Of a stretch of DNA of 64,000 bases, positions 20,780 to 31,600 are shown one piece after another. The first letter of the stretch is position 1, and every line of letters starts with the position of its first letter. The DNA lies in assembly GCA_963758525.1 (NCBI GenBank), contig CAVWVQ010000003.1, positions 2,656,001-2,720,000 of the forward strand, read 5' to 3'. A model generated the notes under the pieces. The model ran no database searches and was not told the DNA's origin. It saw only the letters and a program-made list of their open reading frames with translations. This DNA comes from an uncultured Phycisphaerales bacterium (GTDB lineage: Bacteria; Planctomycetota; Phycisphaerae; Tepidisphaerales; Tepidisphaeraceae). The translations under genes were made by a program, and so were the position numbers.

Positions 20780-21212
20780 ATGGCACGTTACACACTCCTG
20801 ATCTTGTTTTCCTGGCCGGCGCGGGCGGCGCGGGCATCCCGATTCAGGTCGCGTCCAATCACCGGCTGGGGGAGGCGGTCAAGTCGCCGGCGATGAGCGT
20901 GGCTATATCCTTCCTGATCGGGGGATTGGCGATGGCTCTCCTGGTCGCAACTGGATTGACAGGATCGGGACGCCTTTCGGGAGCCACTTCTGCGGCGTGG
21001 TGGGCGTGGGTGGGCGGATTGCTAAGCGCGACCTTTGGCCGCAATCGGGCGCGGGTGCGGTGATCGCCGCAACAGTGTTCGGTCAACTATTTGCCGCCGC
21101 TGTGCTGGACCACTTCGGCTGGCTCGGCGTGCCGCAGGTGCGGATCAACTGGTGGCGCGTCTGCGGCATGCTTCTTCTTCTGGGTGGTGCGCTGCTGATG
21201 CAAACGAAATGA
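20780..21212 (+). pseudogene. DMT (YdcZ-like) transporter, frameshifted and internally deleted
   Basis: GIPIQVASNHRLG..SFLIG..WWAWVGGLL and, in another frame, GQLFAAAVLDHFGWLG. Confidence 0.75.
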
Positions 21213-21324
21213 TGTCATGCCCGCTATCGACGGCGCAAACGCTTCGGAGTCGGGCATGATGTCGTTTAATGGATGCATAACGAATCGCGAGTCTCGCCAG
21301 CCCATTTCCGCGTAAACTCCATGC

Positions 21325-21579
21325 ATGCGATGCGATGAGGTATCAGCCTGGCAAGCGCAGAAAATTTCGTCGTGGCTCACGCCAACCCTCGTGAGGCTGG
21401 TCAAGCTTCACGCCCGTATGGTTGCGAACGACTTCTCCGATAGCGATCCGTTGATGGCGAAAGTCGTAGCGGCCAAAGAGGCCGTGCGCGAATTGCAAGT
21501 GCAGTTGCATGATTTGGAAGCGAAGCGGCAACGGTCAGAAGAAGCGCCGACATGGTTGAAGGCGCGTGGCGTTGATTAA
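21325..21579 (+). CDS. Hypothetical 84-aa coiled-coil protein (copy 1)
   Basis: Near-identical ORF at 40021..40275 with several synonymous differences. Confidence 0.6.
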   Translation: MRCDEVSAWQAQKISSWLTPTLVRLVKLHARMVANDFSDSDPLMAKVVAAKEAVRELQVQLHDLEAKRQRSEEAPTWLKARGVD

Positions 21580-21606
21580 TCTGGTTCCATCGAACGACAA
21601 CGGAGA

Positions 21607-21887
21607 GTGCTGATGCGCCGCTCGCGTTTCTATGCCGGCATACTCATGGTGCTGTTGACGGCTGCTGGCATCACATCAGCGGACACCCTCAAGGTCGGGC
21701 CGGGCGAGAAGTTCGCCAAGCCTTCGCAGGCGTTTGCCGCCGCCGCGGAAGGCGATGTCATTGAAATCGCGGCCGGCGAATACAGGGGTGACGTCGCCAT
21801 CATTCAAACTAATAAGCTTCTGATTCGTGGGATGGGCAGACAACCCGTGAAAATCCCCGCCGATGGCAAGAACGCTGGCGGCAAGGC
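21607..21887 (+). pseudogene. Truncated 5' fragment of the beta-helix protein gene at 40303
   Basis: Identical to the 40303 ORF up to GKNAGGKA, then unrelated sequence. Confidence 0.85.
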
Positions 21888-22470
21888 TCGATCGCGCAGG
21901 GGCTCGATCGGACGTCGTCGCCAACGGATACGATCCTTGCAGTCCAATTTAGTGGCGAAGTCAAGCGGGTGTGGGAGACTGTCACACAACAGCAATGATT
22001 AACCCAATCAAACTGATCGTCCTCATCATGGCAACCTCTGGCGCGGCAGCCGCGGCCCAGGCGGAGAACGGCCAACCGCTGCTGCTCTCCTACGGCGATA
22101 CCTGCATCGGGACTTAGTCGAGACCCCCAGGGAGGGGGACCAGACTATGGCCATCCCCCAATCGCTGCTCGCGGCCAAACGCTGTGCAAACGATGTTGAT
22201 GAACTCTGGTGGAATCCGAATCCAGGTTCGCCGGGAACGCCAAAGGTCCTCATCGGAAAGGCGGATGACGGCGCTGCCCATCATCAATAGGAGCAACACT
22301 AATTAGTCAAACACGGATCGTATCGGTGGCTTGACCGCTCACGCCGCTCCCGCCTGGCCCGCTGCCAATGCTGATACGCCGTCGCCGGCGGCGTCGAGAA
22401 CTTCCAGCGATATAGGCCTTGCATTATTCCCGTGTGGAACGGGGCGGGTTAATCCACGCCCGAACTGCAT

Positions 22471-22944
22471 CTAAGGAGCAACAGCCACCACCCCGACATT
22501 CGGATCATCGGGGCACGGTACCTGCAGGACGCTCCGGCTTTTGTCATTCGCCTGATCCACCCAATCCTTATCACCCGGCTTCTTAATCAATACCTCTGAA
22601 GGGGAGAGCCCCATTGCCGTTATGCCAGCGGCATGCATCCGCTCCAGTTCATCCTTTCCTTTTGGCGAGTACTTCAGGAGATACCCTGCAAATTCCTTCT
22701 TACCGCAACTGAAGACGTAGCACTGAACCGCTTCTTTGCCGTTGTGATCCACGGGCGCGACGAGCTTGCTGTTGTCAGCAAACCAGGTTTTTCCGTCATC
22801 GACCGTGAAGAACACGCTGGCCGGGCCCAGCTGGCGGTGAGAACGGAGTTGCGAGATCGAGACCGCAATTGCAATCACGGCAGCCGCGATCACTGCGGCG
22901 ATGAAGATAATCGGATTCCGGTTGATGGTTTCGCGCACCGACAT
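22471..22944 (-). CDS. Uncharacterised membrane-anchored 'DDG' prepilin-partner protein (paralog 1)
   Basis: N-terminal TM helix. FFTVDDGKTWF, PVDHNGKEAV, VFSC, YLLKY, KKPG..WV and CP are shared with the ORFs at 25784 and 53212. Confidence 0.8.
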   Translation of the reverse strand: MSVRETINRNPIIFIAAVIAAAVIAIAVSISQLRSHRQLGPASVFFTVDDGKTWFADNSKLVAPVDHNGKEAVQCYVFSCGKKEFAGYLLKYSPKGKDELERMHAAGITAMGLSPSEVLIKKPGDKDWVDQANDKSRSVLQVPCPDDPNVGVVAVAP

Positions 22945-22995
22945 ATTGGGCACCTCTGGCAGGTTGATTCATCCGAACGGCGACTGACGTGTCCA

Positions 22996-24042
22996 TCACT
23001 GATCCGGCGTATTCATTCTGATCTTGTCGTCGTCCCAGTTGAGGTAATAGTGCTCGATGTACGCGATGCCCGAGTTCCAGGTCGGCCCGCCGTTGGCTGC
23101 TATATTCGGCGTTGCGGTTGTTGACGTCCACGGCTGCCATGTCCATCGGTCGTGATTGCAGTTGGTATAGTAGCCGCCCCAGGTGGTGTGATCGGAGGTC
23201 GCGGGAGAGCCAAGCGGAATATTCCCGTACCCTCCCCGATTACCCTGGGAAAAGCTCTTCTCCAGATTATCGCTGGAATCGGAGAGGATCTGGGCGGACC
23301 CGTCGAAGAACGCGCAGGAGAGTCCCTTGTTATGACCGACTTGCAACAGCGCGTCCTTTCTCCAGAAACTGCCAGTCCAGGCTTCCCAGAAGATGTCCAT
23401 CACCATCGGAGTATCCGGAGCGGCCCGGGTGATGTTGTGAGCCCAGGCCCAGTTGCACTTTCGCTGAGCTCCCGAACCTATGTTCGCTGCCACCGAGGGA
23501 GCATAAGCTGTATCGGCAATGGCGACGATGTAGCCCCCGTTCAGGTCGCCGTTAAACGCGCCACCAGGCCATGCGCCATTCCACAAGCCTGGATTCCACG
23601 TCGTTCCATCGCTGATGCTGGTCAACTGCGGAGCCGATTGCCAGTCGAAGCTCCACAGATCATCAGATGCCCGGCCCGGGCAATAGCAAAGATGCACATC
23701 GGTCAAATAGTTGCGGTAGAGCAGCGTTCCAGCTCCAGTCGGCCAGGTCTTGATGGCCCCGTTCACATAAATCTTTTGGGCAGGGCTGCAGCGCAGGAAG
23801 AACGTGTACCCGACCGGCCATCCCGTTCCATCGACGATGTTCGCGGGGAGTGAGCCCTTATTCTCGTTGGCATACATCAGATTGGCGGCCGCGATCTGCC
23901 GGACATTGCTGAGACACTGAATCTGTCTCGCTGCCTGCCGCGCCTTGCTGAGCGCGGGCAACAGGAGACTGACCAGTATCGCGATAATGCCAATCACGAC
24001 GAGCAACTCAACAAGAGTCAAACCGTTTCTTGGTTTCCGCAT
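22996..24042 (-). CDS. Type IV prepilin-like protein (N-terminal cleavage/methylation, H-X9-DG motif)
   Basis: [51 protein letters not shown]. Confidence 0.9.
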   Translation of the reverse strand: MRKPRNGLTLVELLVVIGIIAILVSLLLPALSKARQAARQIQCLSNVRQIAAANLMYANENKGSLPANIVDGTGWPVGYTFFLRCSPAQKIYVNGAIKTWPTGAGTLLYRNYLTDVHLCYCPGRASDDLWSFDWQSAPQLTSISDGTTWNPGLWNGAWPGGAFNGDLNGGYIVAIADTAYAPSVAANIGSGAQRKCNWAWAHNITRAAPDTPMVMDIFWEAWTGSFWRKDALLQVGHNKGLSCAFFDGSAQILSDSSDNLEKSFSQGNRGGYGNIPLGSPATSDHTTWGGYYTNCNHDRWTWQPWTSTTATPNIAANGGPTWNSGIAYIEHYYLNWDDDKIRMNTPDQ

Positions 24043-24057
24043 ATTTGCACGTGCGAA

Positions 24058-24089
24058 CTATTTGAGCCGTGGATCGCCCAGCGACACGA
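24058..24089 (-). repeat. Orphan copy of the last 10 codons plus stop of the fecR-like gene (cf. 26334-26365)
   Basis: CTATTTGAGCCGTGG(A/G)TCGCCCAGCGA(C/G)ACGA, 30/32 identical. Encodes VSLGDPRLK*. Confidence 0.85.
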
Positions 24090-24130
24090 GACATGGATGC
24101 AATGGTTTCACAAGCTTCCCGGTGAAAAAC

Positions 24131-24865
24131 TCACTGCGTCGCGACGTTGTCCCCGTAGAACTCATTGACGGTGCGGACCCACTCGTCGGCCAGAAGTTGC
24201 TGGCCGCTGAAGGTGGGATGAACTCCGTCCCAGATCCAGTAATCCGCCGGGGCGCGCTTGCAGGCATCTTCGTACACGTTCTGCAGTTTCACGAGGGGCG
24301 CATGGTACTTCGTTGCGAGATTCGCGACGATCTCCTGCCGCTTGAGCAATTCCATGTGGTATGCGTCCCAGTTCTCTTTCTTCTTGCCAGTGGGCAATCC
24401 GAATGGCTCGCACAATACCAGGCGCACGTGCGGCAATGCCTTGACCGTCTCAGCCAGCAATTCGTCGTAGCGCTGCTGGTAATCAGCTGCGCTGACGCCG
24501 CCGTTGAGATCGTTGACCCCGACCAGAATGCTCAGGATGTCGGGCTTGAGATTGAGCGTGTCTGTCTTCCACCGCGCCGCAAGATCATTGACCTTATTTC
24601 CGCTCACGCCCCGGTTAATGAACGTCAGATGTCGCTCCGGAAGCATCGCGCCATATTTGGCTCCGATGATAAACGCGTAGCTATGGCCCAGCACGTGATT
24701 GGGATCGGCGCTTCGACCGCGATTCATGTCGGTAATCGAGTCACCTTGAAAGAGGATGACGTTCCCTTCCTTAAAGGCAGGCATCTCGTTCTTCTCGGCC
24801 GCTGAGGCAATTACAGCTCCAACCAATGGGACGAGACTGGCGATTAAGGTGAGGTAATGTCGCAT
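24131..24865 (-). CDS. Secreted SGNH/GDSL hydrolase (esterase)
   Basis: Signal peptide; FQGDSITD, NRGVSG, GVND and DGVHP blocks. Confidence 0.9.
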   Translation of the reverse strand: MRHYLTLIASLVPLVGAVIASAAEKNEMPAFKEGNVILFQGDSITDMNRGRSADPNHVLGHSYAFIIGAKYGAMLPERHLTFINRGVSGNKVNDLAARWKTDTLNLKPDILSILVGVNDLNGGVSAADYQQRYDELLAETVKALPHVRLVLCEPFGLPTGKKKENWDAYHMELLKRQEIVANLATKYHAPLVKLQNVYEDACKRAPADYWIWDGVHPTFSGQQLLADEWVRTVNEFYGDNVATQ

Positions 24866-24879
24866 TTCAAGCGTGTCCT

Positions 24880-25698
24880 TTAGTACCACCACCACTGCCC
24901 CCATTGCTGGCCGTTCCAGTGCTCCGCGGACATATTGCCGACTGCTGAGCTGGCTGCATTATTAAGAGGGTTGACATAAGGTGCCGTGACCCACTCCCCG
25001 TGACCATCGGTAAACACCTGATTCGCTCCCGATACGTGCATCAAGCCCGCTGCGTCCTGATAAAATGCGTGGTTGATTGTCCATCCAACGCGGAACGGGT
25101 CCGCCGTCGCATATTGAACAATGTCGCCGAAGAGCGGGAGCGGTGCCCCATTGTTGGTTGAATCGACGGATTCGAGTCCGATGCGAGTAGGGCGCATCGC
25201 CGCCTTCCTCTCATATGATTGAATGGGCGGCAACCCCCACCCGTTGCCGAAATACATGTACGAAGTGCATACTGTATCAAAATAGACGAAATTGTTGCGC
25301 GTGTTGAAGTACGGGTTGCTGGGACATTCCCAGACTTCGCTGATGGCCTTCGGCTGATCGGTCACTGTGCCCGGGTCAGGGTAACCCATGGCAATGTACA
25401 TCCGAGTGATCATCCCGTTCACCCACATCGCCGATTGTGCCGGATTGTATTTGAATGAGTTGGTTCCGTTCTGGTGATTGCGCAGATCGAGCGGATAGCG
25501 TCCCTTGTTCTCGTTGGCATACATGATGGCGCTCAATCCGATCTGCCGAAGATTGCTCAGGCACTTGGTTTTATTGGCGGAATCGCGGGCCCTGGCCAGC
25601 GCCGGGAGGAGAAGCCCAATCAGCACCGCGATAATGCCGACTACCACCAATAGCTCAACAAGGGTAAAGCCGCTGCGAGTCTGCTCCGCTCGAACCAT
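24880..25698 (-). CDS. Type IV prepilin-like protein (H-X9-DG motif)
   Basis: [52 protein letters not shown]. Confidence 0.9.
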   Translation of the reverse strand: MVRAEQTRSGFTLVELLVVVGIIAVLIGLLLPALARARDSANKTKCLSNLRQIGLSAIMYANENKGRYPLDLRNHQNGTNSFKYNPAQSAMWVNGMITRMYIAMGYPDPGTVTDQPKAISEVWECPSNPYFNTRNNFVYFDTVCTSYMYFGNGWGLPPIQSYERKAAMRPTRIGLESVDSTNNGAPLPLFGDIVQYATADPFRVGWTINHAFYQDAAGLMHVSGANQVFTDGHGEWVTAPYVNPLNNAASSAVGNMSAEHWNGQQWGQWWWY

Positions 25699-25783
25699 AA
25701 TCAACCTCGTGCTTTCTGCGGCGCGATCCAATTCGCGATTGCCGTAAAGCATAAGTGGCTGTCGGTGGTTGGCAGGCCTGCTC

Positions 25784-26314
25784 TCACTTGGTCGCTCCGT
25801 TGTCAGAATCAATGGGAGAGACCGGCACGAGACCCTCGGATCCACCGCCAGGACAAACCGGGGTGATGATGCGGAGGTATTCCTTGTAGGCAACGGGCTT
25901 CGTGATATCGCCTTGCACCCATATTATCTCCGCCGGTCGCTTCACTTCCATCGGTTCATCAATCATATCCGCTGCCGGCTTGTTTGCAGCGAATGCCGCA
26001 GTGATCCGCGCCTTTGCGGCATCGCTGTAGCGTTCAAGATAGCCAACGAACGGCCTGCCTGCCCCGCAGCGAAAGACCTCCGCCCGGACTGCTTGTTTAC
26101 CGTTGTGATCGAATGGCGCAAGCCTGGATCGATCGTCGATGAACCACGTTTTGCCGTCGTCGTCAGAATAAAACACCTTTGCGATTGAAACCGCAGCGCT
26201 CGCCCTTCCCTTCAAAAGCTGGATGAGAATAAACGTCAGCGCGATGAGAATCGCGACCACCGAAGCGGCCATCAAAAGTTTCTGCTGTCGGTTGATCGTA
26301 TCACGCACACTCAT
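25784..26314 (-). CDS. Uncharacterised 'DDG' prepilin-partner protein (paralog 2)
   Basis: TM helix; [37 protein letters not shown]. Confidence 0.8.
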   Translation of the reverse strand: MSVRDTINRQQKLLMAASVVAILIALTFILIQLLKGRASAAVSIAKVFYSDDDGKTWFIDDRSRLAPFDHNGKQAVRAEVFRCGAGRPFVGYLERYSDAAKARITAAFAANKPAADMIDEPMEVKRPAEIIWVQGDITKPVAYKEYLRIITPVCPGGGSEGLVPVSPIDSDNGATK

Positions 26315-26333
26315 TTGGATTCTGCACCAGCGA

Positions 26334-27941
26334 CTATTTGAGCCGTGGGTCGCCCAGCGAGACGACATCCCAGTCTAAACCATCACCTCCGTCGGTCGAT
26401 ACCAATGTCAGCGAATGCGCGGCGGGTTCGATGGGAACGTCAACGTCGAACGGCGGGTCCATGAGATGGATCAATTTGTGTGAACGGAGATCGCCGTCCA
26501 CGAACACCCAGAACTCCGATCGATCGGAGACTTTCCGACCAGTTCGTTCGACATATGCATTGATGTTCACGCACACAGCCACAAAATGCGAGAACGGCCG
26601 GTTGGGGTGCGCATTGCGAAGGGCATCGAGATCGAAGGTAATCCCTTTGTTTGCATGGAGCCGGAGTAATCGATGACCCGAGGAGGCGTAATCGATCGCC
26701 CCGATCCTGCCCGTGTTTGTCGGCTCAATACCCACCCGTGTCTCGATGTTTCCGGGCCAAATGTCCTGATATGCAAGATTGCAGGTCGGCGGAAAAATGT
26801 ACTGATCTCCAGCCGCGTCGAGCGTGTCAGGCTTTGGCCCGCCATGCGGGATGAAGACGCCCAATGGCAGGGAGGGACAGGGATGGAACTTCCCATCCCC
26901 GGGAACGCCGCGATTCAGTGCGGTCTGAACGCTGCGCTTATCTGTCGGCACCGGAAGGATCGTCCCACTCGCGATATCGATCCCGCCATTCGACTGGCGC
27001 TGCGTTCCGTCTCCGCCGGCGATCAGGTCCACCAGATCAATTGCCGGGACATCCTGGACAAAGTTTCCCGTGTGGCACTCAATCCTTTGCGCCGAACTGA
27101 CGCCCACATCGACGCGGGCGGCCTGCTCGGCCGAGAGGAGCAGCGCGGCTCCGCCGGCCTTGGGCGTTACTTCAACCGTGCCGCGGATGACATGCGTTTC
27201 GGTATTGCCTGCCTTGTCCACGATGATGCCGAACTCGGTGCCCAGATCGACGGTGCGTGAGGAAGGAGTCACAATGGTAAATCCGTGGGCGTTGGGAGGT
27301 ACGCTCACCGTGATTTTGCCGAGTTGGAGCGAGACGCTGTTCTGAGATTGAATTTCGAAATGAGAGGGCCCCTCGACCACGAGTGAAACGCCATTGTCCA
27401 GGCGGATCTGGGCCAACCCGCTGGCCAGTTGCAGCGGTCCAGCAGGAAGGGGCTGCCCGTCGTGTGGTGGCTGAACTGCGGTGTCCCAGACGGCCGAGGC
27501 GCTGGCGACCAGATCTCCGCCGGGTTTGGCGGGACGAAGAATCGACCAGAGCACAATACCAACAAGAACCGGGATCGCTATTGCAGCGGCGAGCCGCCAA
27601 AGCCGGCGCTGTGACGAAGATTTTGGCGGCGCGACGGGCGTTGTGGCAGGGGGCTGGGGTGATGCATCGGGTGCCGCGTCGGAGCTGGCCTCGTTTTCAG
27701 GTTCCAGCGTGATGGAAGGAAGAATCATCGCGTCGTCAAGTGAAGTGCCCAGAGAGGCGGTTTCTTCCAGAAGCTGGCGACCGCGCATGACCTGGCGCAG
27801 GCGCTGGTGGATCATCGACGCTCTGGTCACGATCCTGGCGTGAAGGGGATCTTCCTTCACCCAACGGCAGAGTTCAGCCGCCTCGGCTTCGTCCAGAAGC
27901 CCGTCGAAGTGTTTATCGAGAATTTCCATCGGGTCTTTCAT
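26334..27941 (-). CDS. FecR-domain anti-sigma factor with a C-terminal NPCBM/NEW2-like domain (cassette A)
   Basis: N-terminal helical domain, TM segment, FecR motif TVDLGTEFG..ETHVIRGTVEV, C-terminal HANKGITFDL..VFVDG..LTLVSTDGGDG..GDPRL. Confidence 0.85.
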   Translation of the reverse strand: MKDPMEILDKHFDGLLDEAEAAELCRWVKEDPLHARIVTRASMIHQRLRQVMRGRQLLEETASLGTSLDDAMILPSITLEPENEASSDAAPDASPQPPATTPVAPPKSSSQRRLWRLAAAIAIPVLVGIVLWSILRPAKPGGDLVASASAVWDTAVQPPHDGQPLPAGPLQLASGLAQIRLDNGVSLVVEGPSHFEIQSQNSVSLQLGKITVSVPPNAHGFTIVTPSSRTVDLGTEFGIIVDKAGNTETHVIRGTVEVTPKAGGAALLLSAEQAARVDVGVSSAQRIECHTGNFVQDVPAIDLVDLIAGGDGTQRQSNGGIDIASGTILPVPTDKRSVQTALNRGVPGDGKFHPCPSLPLGVFIPHGGPKPDTLDAAGDQYIFPPTCNLAYQDIWPGNIETRVGIEPTNTGRIGAIDYASSGHRLLRLHANKGITFDLDALRNAHPNRPFSHFVAVCVNINAYVERTGRKVSDRSEFWVFVDGDLRSHKLIHLMDPPFDVDVPIEPAAHSLTLVSTDGGDGLDWDVVSLGDPRLK

Positions 27942-27945
27942 GCAG

Positions 27946-28455
27946 TTACGACGCCATCCTCGCCTCTATACAGTCGCGCAGCGCCGCGCGCACGCGGTGC
28001 AGCGCGACATTAATCGCCCGAATATTGCTCCCCATCCGGCGGGCGATGTCATTGGGTTTGAGATTCTCCTGATAGCGCATTTCAACAAGATTCCGCGCCT
28101 TGTTCGCCAGCCGTTTGAGGCAGTGATCCATCGCATCGTGCAGGGGGCCCTGTTCGTGCTGAGCCTGGACGTGAGCCTCGGCCAGGGCCTGCAGGGCCTC
28201 CGAATCGAAGACCAACTTGTCGGCCGACTGACGCCGGTGCGAGTCCATCGCTTTGTTGCGGGCGATCCCGATGACCCAGGCATTGAACGACTGTGGCACG
28301 CTCCGCGACGGTTCGTGCGAAAGGACCGCCGCCGCCACTTCCTGCAAAACGTCCTGGGCGTCGTGGTAATCGGGAATCAGCAGTGATATGTAGGAATCAA
28401 CCAGCGGCTGAGCCGCCGCCCATTTCCTGGCGACATCTTCAATCGCGCTGTTCAT
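27946..28455 (-). CDS. ECF sigma-70 factor (cassette A)
   Basis: DAQDVLQEV, FNAWVIGIARNK, region 4 LVEMRY..IA..ALHRVRAALRDCIE. Confidence 0.92.
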   Translation of the reverse strand: MNSAIEDVARKWAAAQPLVDSYISLLIPDYHDAQDVLQEVAAAVLSHEPSRSVPQSFNAWVIGIARNKAMDSHRRQSADKLVFDSEALQALAEAHVQAQHEQGPLHDAMDHCLKRLANKARNLVEMRYQENLKPNDIARRMGSNIRAINVALHRVRAALRDCIEARMAS

Positions 28456-28520
28456 GCGGGAAGTCTCCCGAAATGCCTCAGACAGGTCCGAATCGCCTAA
28501 TCCATCATCCCTCGCCACTT

Positions 28521-28552
28521 ATTACGTCGCAACTGATACCCCGATTCTTACA
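28521..28552 (-). promoter_or_regulatory. Putative ECF promoter for sigma operon A
   Basis: TGTAAGAAT-N14-CGACGTAAT on the minus strand. Confidence 0.7.
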
Positions 28553-28576
28553 ACGAAATGCCCATTTTTATTTTTC

Positions 28577-28608
28577 TGTAAGAATTTACCGGCCAATTAC
28601 GACGTAAT
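28577..28608 (+). promoter_or_regulatory. Putative ECF promoter for surface-protein gene A
   Basis: TGTAAGAAT-N14-CGACGTAAT on the plus strand. Confidence 0.7.
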
Positions 28609-28674
28609 GGGGAACGCCGGTATGTCTGGCAACGGCGTTACATTCCAGGTTTTGCGAAGGAACGGTGGAGAGAG

Positions 28675-31600
28675 ATGCAAAATCGCAACGAGGTCATCGG
28701 CGGACGAACTATCTCCCGTACACTCAGACGCCGGCAGAAGGCAACCCGACGCATGCCGCTGGCAGCTGCCGCGGCGGCAGCAATCGCCTCGGTCTTCCAC
28801 TCCGGGATGGCCAAAGCGAACACTGCCGACAACGTCACCAACGGACAGTCCGACCTGGGTGCGTCGGGAACGTATGGAGGTGGGTCGCCCACCACTTCCA
28901 GCGATGTGACATTCACCAACGTGACCTACAGCCCAACAGCATTTACGCTAAACACCAACGCGGCCAACCCAAACATTGGCACACTGGATGACTTGGACGC
29001 TACCCAGACGCTCACGATCCAAAACACGACCAGTGGCTCCACCACCACGATTACATTGAACGGCGGCTCCAATTCGACCGCTTCACCGGCGAACGCCGCT
29101 GACCTGCTTTATGTCGCCTCCGGCGGCACGCTCTCGATGGGTACGGCTGGGGCTGGCACCCTGGGTCTGGCGCTGGCATCCAGCGGGAACTTCGATATTG
29201 CCGGCACCGCCAACGTCACTTCGGCCATCTCCGGCAGCGGCTTTGGCTTCACCAAGACCGGAGCGGGTTCGCTGACGCTCTCAGGCCCAAACACCTATAC
29301 TGGCAATACCGGCGTCGCGATGGGCAATACGACCGGATTAAACACCTCCAGCATCCTCAATCTCTCCTATGCAGCGAACCAGACGAACATCATCAATAAC
29401 GCCGCGAACAGCTCGGCCCTCATCCTTGGCGGCAGCCTGACTTCGGACGCGACTACTGTTCTCGGTGGAGGTCGATTGACCCTCACGGGCGTCGCCACCA
29501 GCACGAACACTCAGAGCTTCAATGGCATGACGGTCGGAACCGGCGGCAACAACATCGTCTTTGCGAACAATGCAACCGCGAACACGATCGCCCTCAATGT
29601 GGGCGCCATCAGCCGGACTGTGGGCGGCACGCTGCACATCACGCAACCGACCGGCACGGTTTCGGCCTCGAACGGTGTGGCGACCACGACCGGCACGGCG
29701 AGCACGATCCTGACGGACGCGAACGGAACGGCCTACGCCACCGTCGGAGGAACCGCAGCGGCGGCGGGAGATTGGGCGGCAAAAGATGCGACCAACGGCT
29801 TCATTGTCGGCGGTTCGACGCTTGGCGGTTTTTACACTACTGCGACTTCCGCTGCGACCTTCAGCGGAAATGCGGATGTGACGACCGGATTCACTGCGAC
29901 TGCCGGCACGACGGTCGCTAGCATCCGGATGAACAACAACACGGCCCAAACGCTGAATATCAACAGTAGCGGCAATACGACCGTGAGCACGGGCGGCATT
30001 CTCTTCGGATCGACGGGCAACTCAGTCATCACCGGCACGGTCACTGCCAAGCTGATCGCAGGCGCTGGCAAAGAACTCGTCTTCATCAACACCAGCACCG
30101 GCACGCCGCAGATTAATGCAGTCATTGGCGATAGCACTTCGGGTGCTAGCAGCGTCACCTACCGCGCTCTGCAGCTTACTTCGGGCAACGGACAGTTCCA
30201 AGTCGGCAGCGCCGGCAACACCTACACTGGCAACACCTACATCGAGAGCGGTCGGGTTCAAACGGCCGTCAGCACTGCGTTCGGCACCGGTGCCGGTGCA
30301 AACGTTTACATCGATGGAAACACCAACGGCCAAGCCTATCTTGTCGGCGGCACGTATGCCAACCACTTCTACCTCGTCGGCAACGGCTGGAATGAGAGTG
30401 GCGGTCCTTACGGAGCGCTTCGCCTTCAGGGTGCAACCGTCTCGGGTCAAGTCACTCTTCTCGGCAATGCCACGATCAGTGATCAAGGCGGAACTGGAAC
30501 CATCAGCAATGTGATCGACGACGGCGGCAATGCCTACGCACTGACCGTCAATGGCGGCAACACGCTGAATCTCAACAACGTGAATACCTATACCGGCGGC
30601 ACAACGCTGAACGCCGGTACGCTGGTCTTCGGCAACGCCTCCGCTTTTGGCAATGGAACTGTGACGCTGGCAGCCGGCACGCTCAAGGCTGGTGGCAGCG
30701 GCTTTACTCTCGCCAACAACGTCTCGGTGACCGGTGGCGCGATCTTAGATATGGCTGGAAACAATGTGGGGATCAGCGGCAACATCAGCGGCGCAACCGC
30801 CCTGAATGTTGCAACCAGCAGCCTCACTCCCACAACGTTGGCCCTCAACGGAAATAACAGCGGATACAGCGGAACAGTCACATTCGCCAATCGTGATGCG
30901 GTGAGTTTTAACTCGGCCAGCGCCGGTAGCGCCGCCGCCGCCTGGGTCTTCAACGACCCGGCCGGCGACCGCGTGAGAATCAACATCGGCAACGCCACCA
31001 TCAACTTCGGATCCATTTCCGGCAGCGGACAGATGCAAAACGACACTGGCAACTCGACGTCCATTGTCAGCGTCGGTGCTCTTGGCACGAGCACCACGTT
31101 CGGCGGAACACTGAAAAACAATGGGACCGGCATCCTTGCCCTTACCAAGGTCGGGAACGGGACGCTGACGTTGACGGGTGCGGGTAACACGTATAGCGGC
31201 GGGACAACGATTTCGTCCGGAACGTTGCGAGCCAACGTCGCCGCGGCCACGGGCACTAGTGCCGTTACAGTCTCGGCAGGCGTCTCGGGAAACTACACGG
31301 GCGGCGTGCTCGGGGGCAGCGGGACGGTCGGAGCGGTCGCGCTTGGAGCGGCGAACACCACTGCAAAGCAGGGCGGAATTATCACTGCCGGCGCCGACGG
31401 CTCGACGGCCGGGAAGCTCACCACCGGCGCGGAGACCTGGAACGGGGGCGCGGTCTATAACTGGAAGGTCACGAACGCCGGGACGGGTGTCACCGGTGCG
31501 CCGACTAAGACCAGCGCCCAGACCGGCGGAAATTCGACAACCTGGGACGATCTGGCCATCGGCGGCGCGTTGACCGTCGGCTCTTCGGGTTCGCCGATCA

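Larger units (their letters stand above)
21311..21887 (+). repeat. Copy 1 of a triplicated block (near-identical to 40007-40583; partial copy at about 59865-60209)
   Basis: Direct sequence identity at offset 18696. Contains the 84-aa ORF and the truncated 5' part of the beta-helix gene. Confidence 0.92.

Noticed and set aside
21995..22300. Short signal-peptide-like reading (MINPIKLIVLIMATSGAAAAAQA)
   Set aside because: It stops after about 40 codons and no family is recognisable. At most a decayed fragment.
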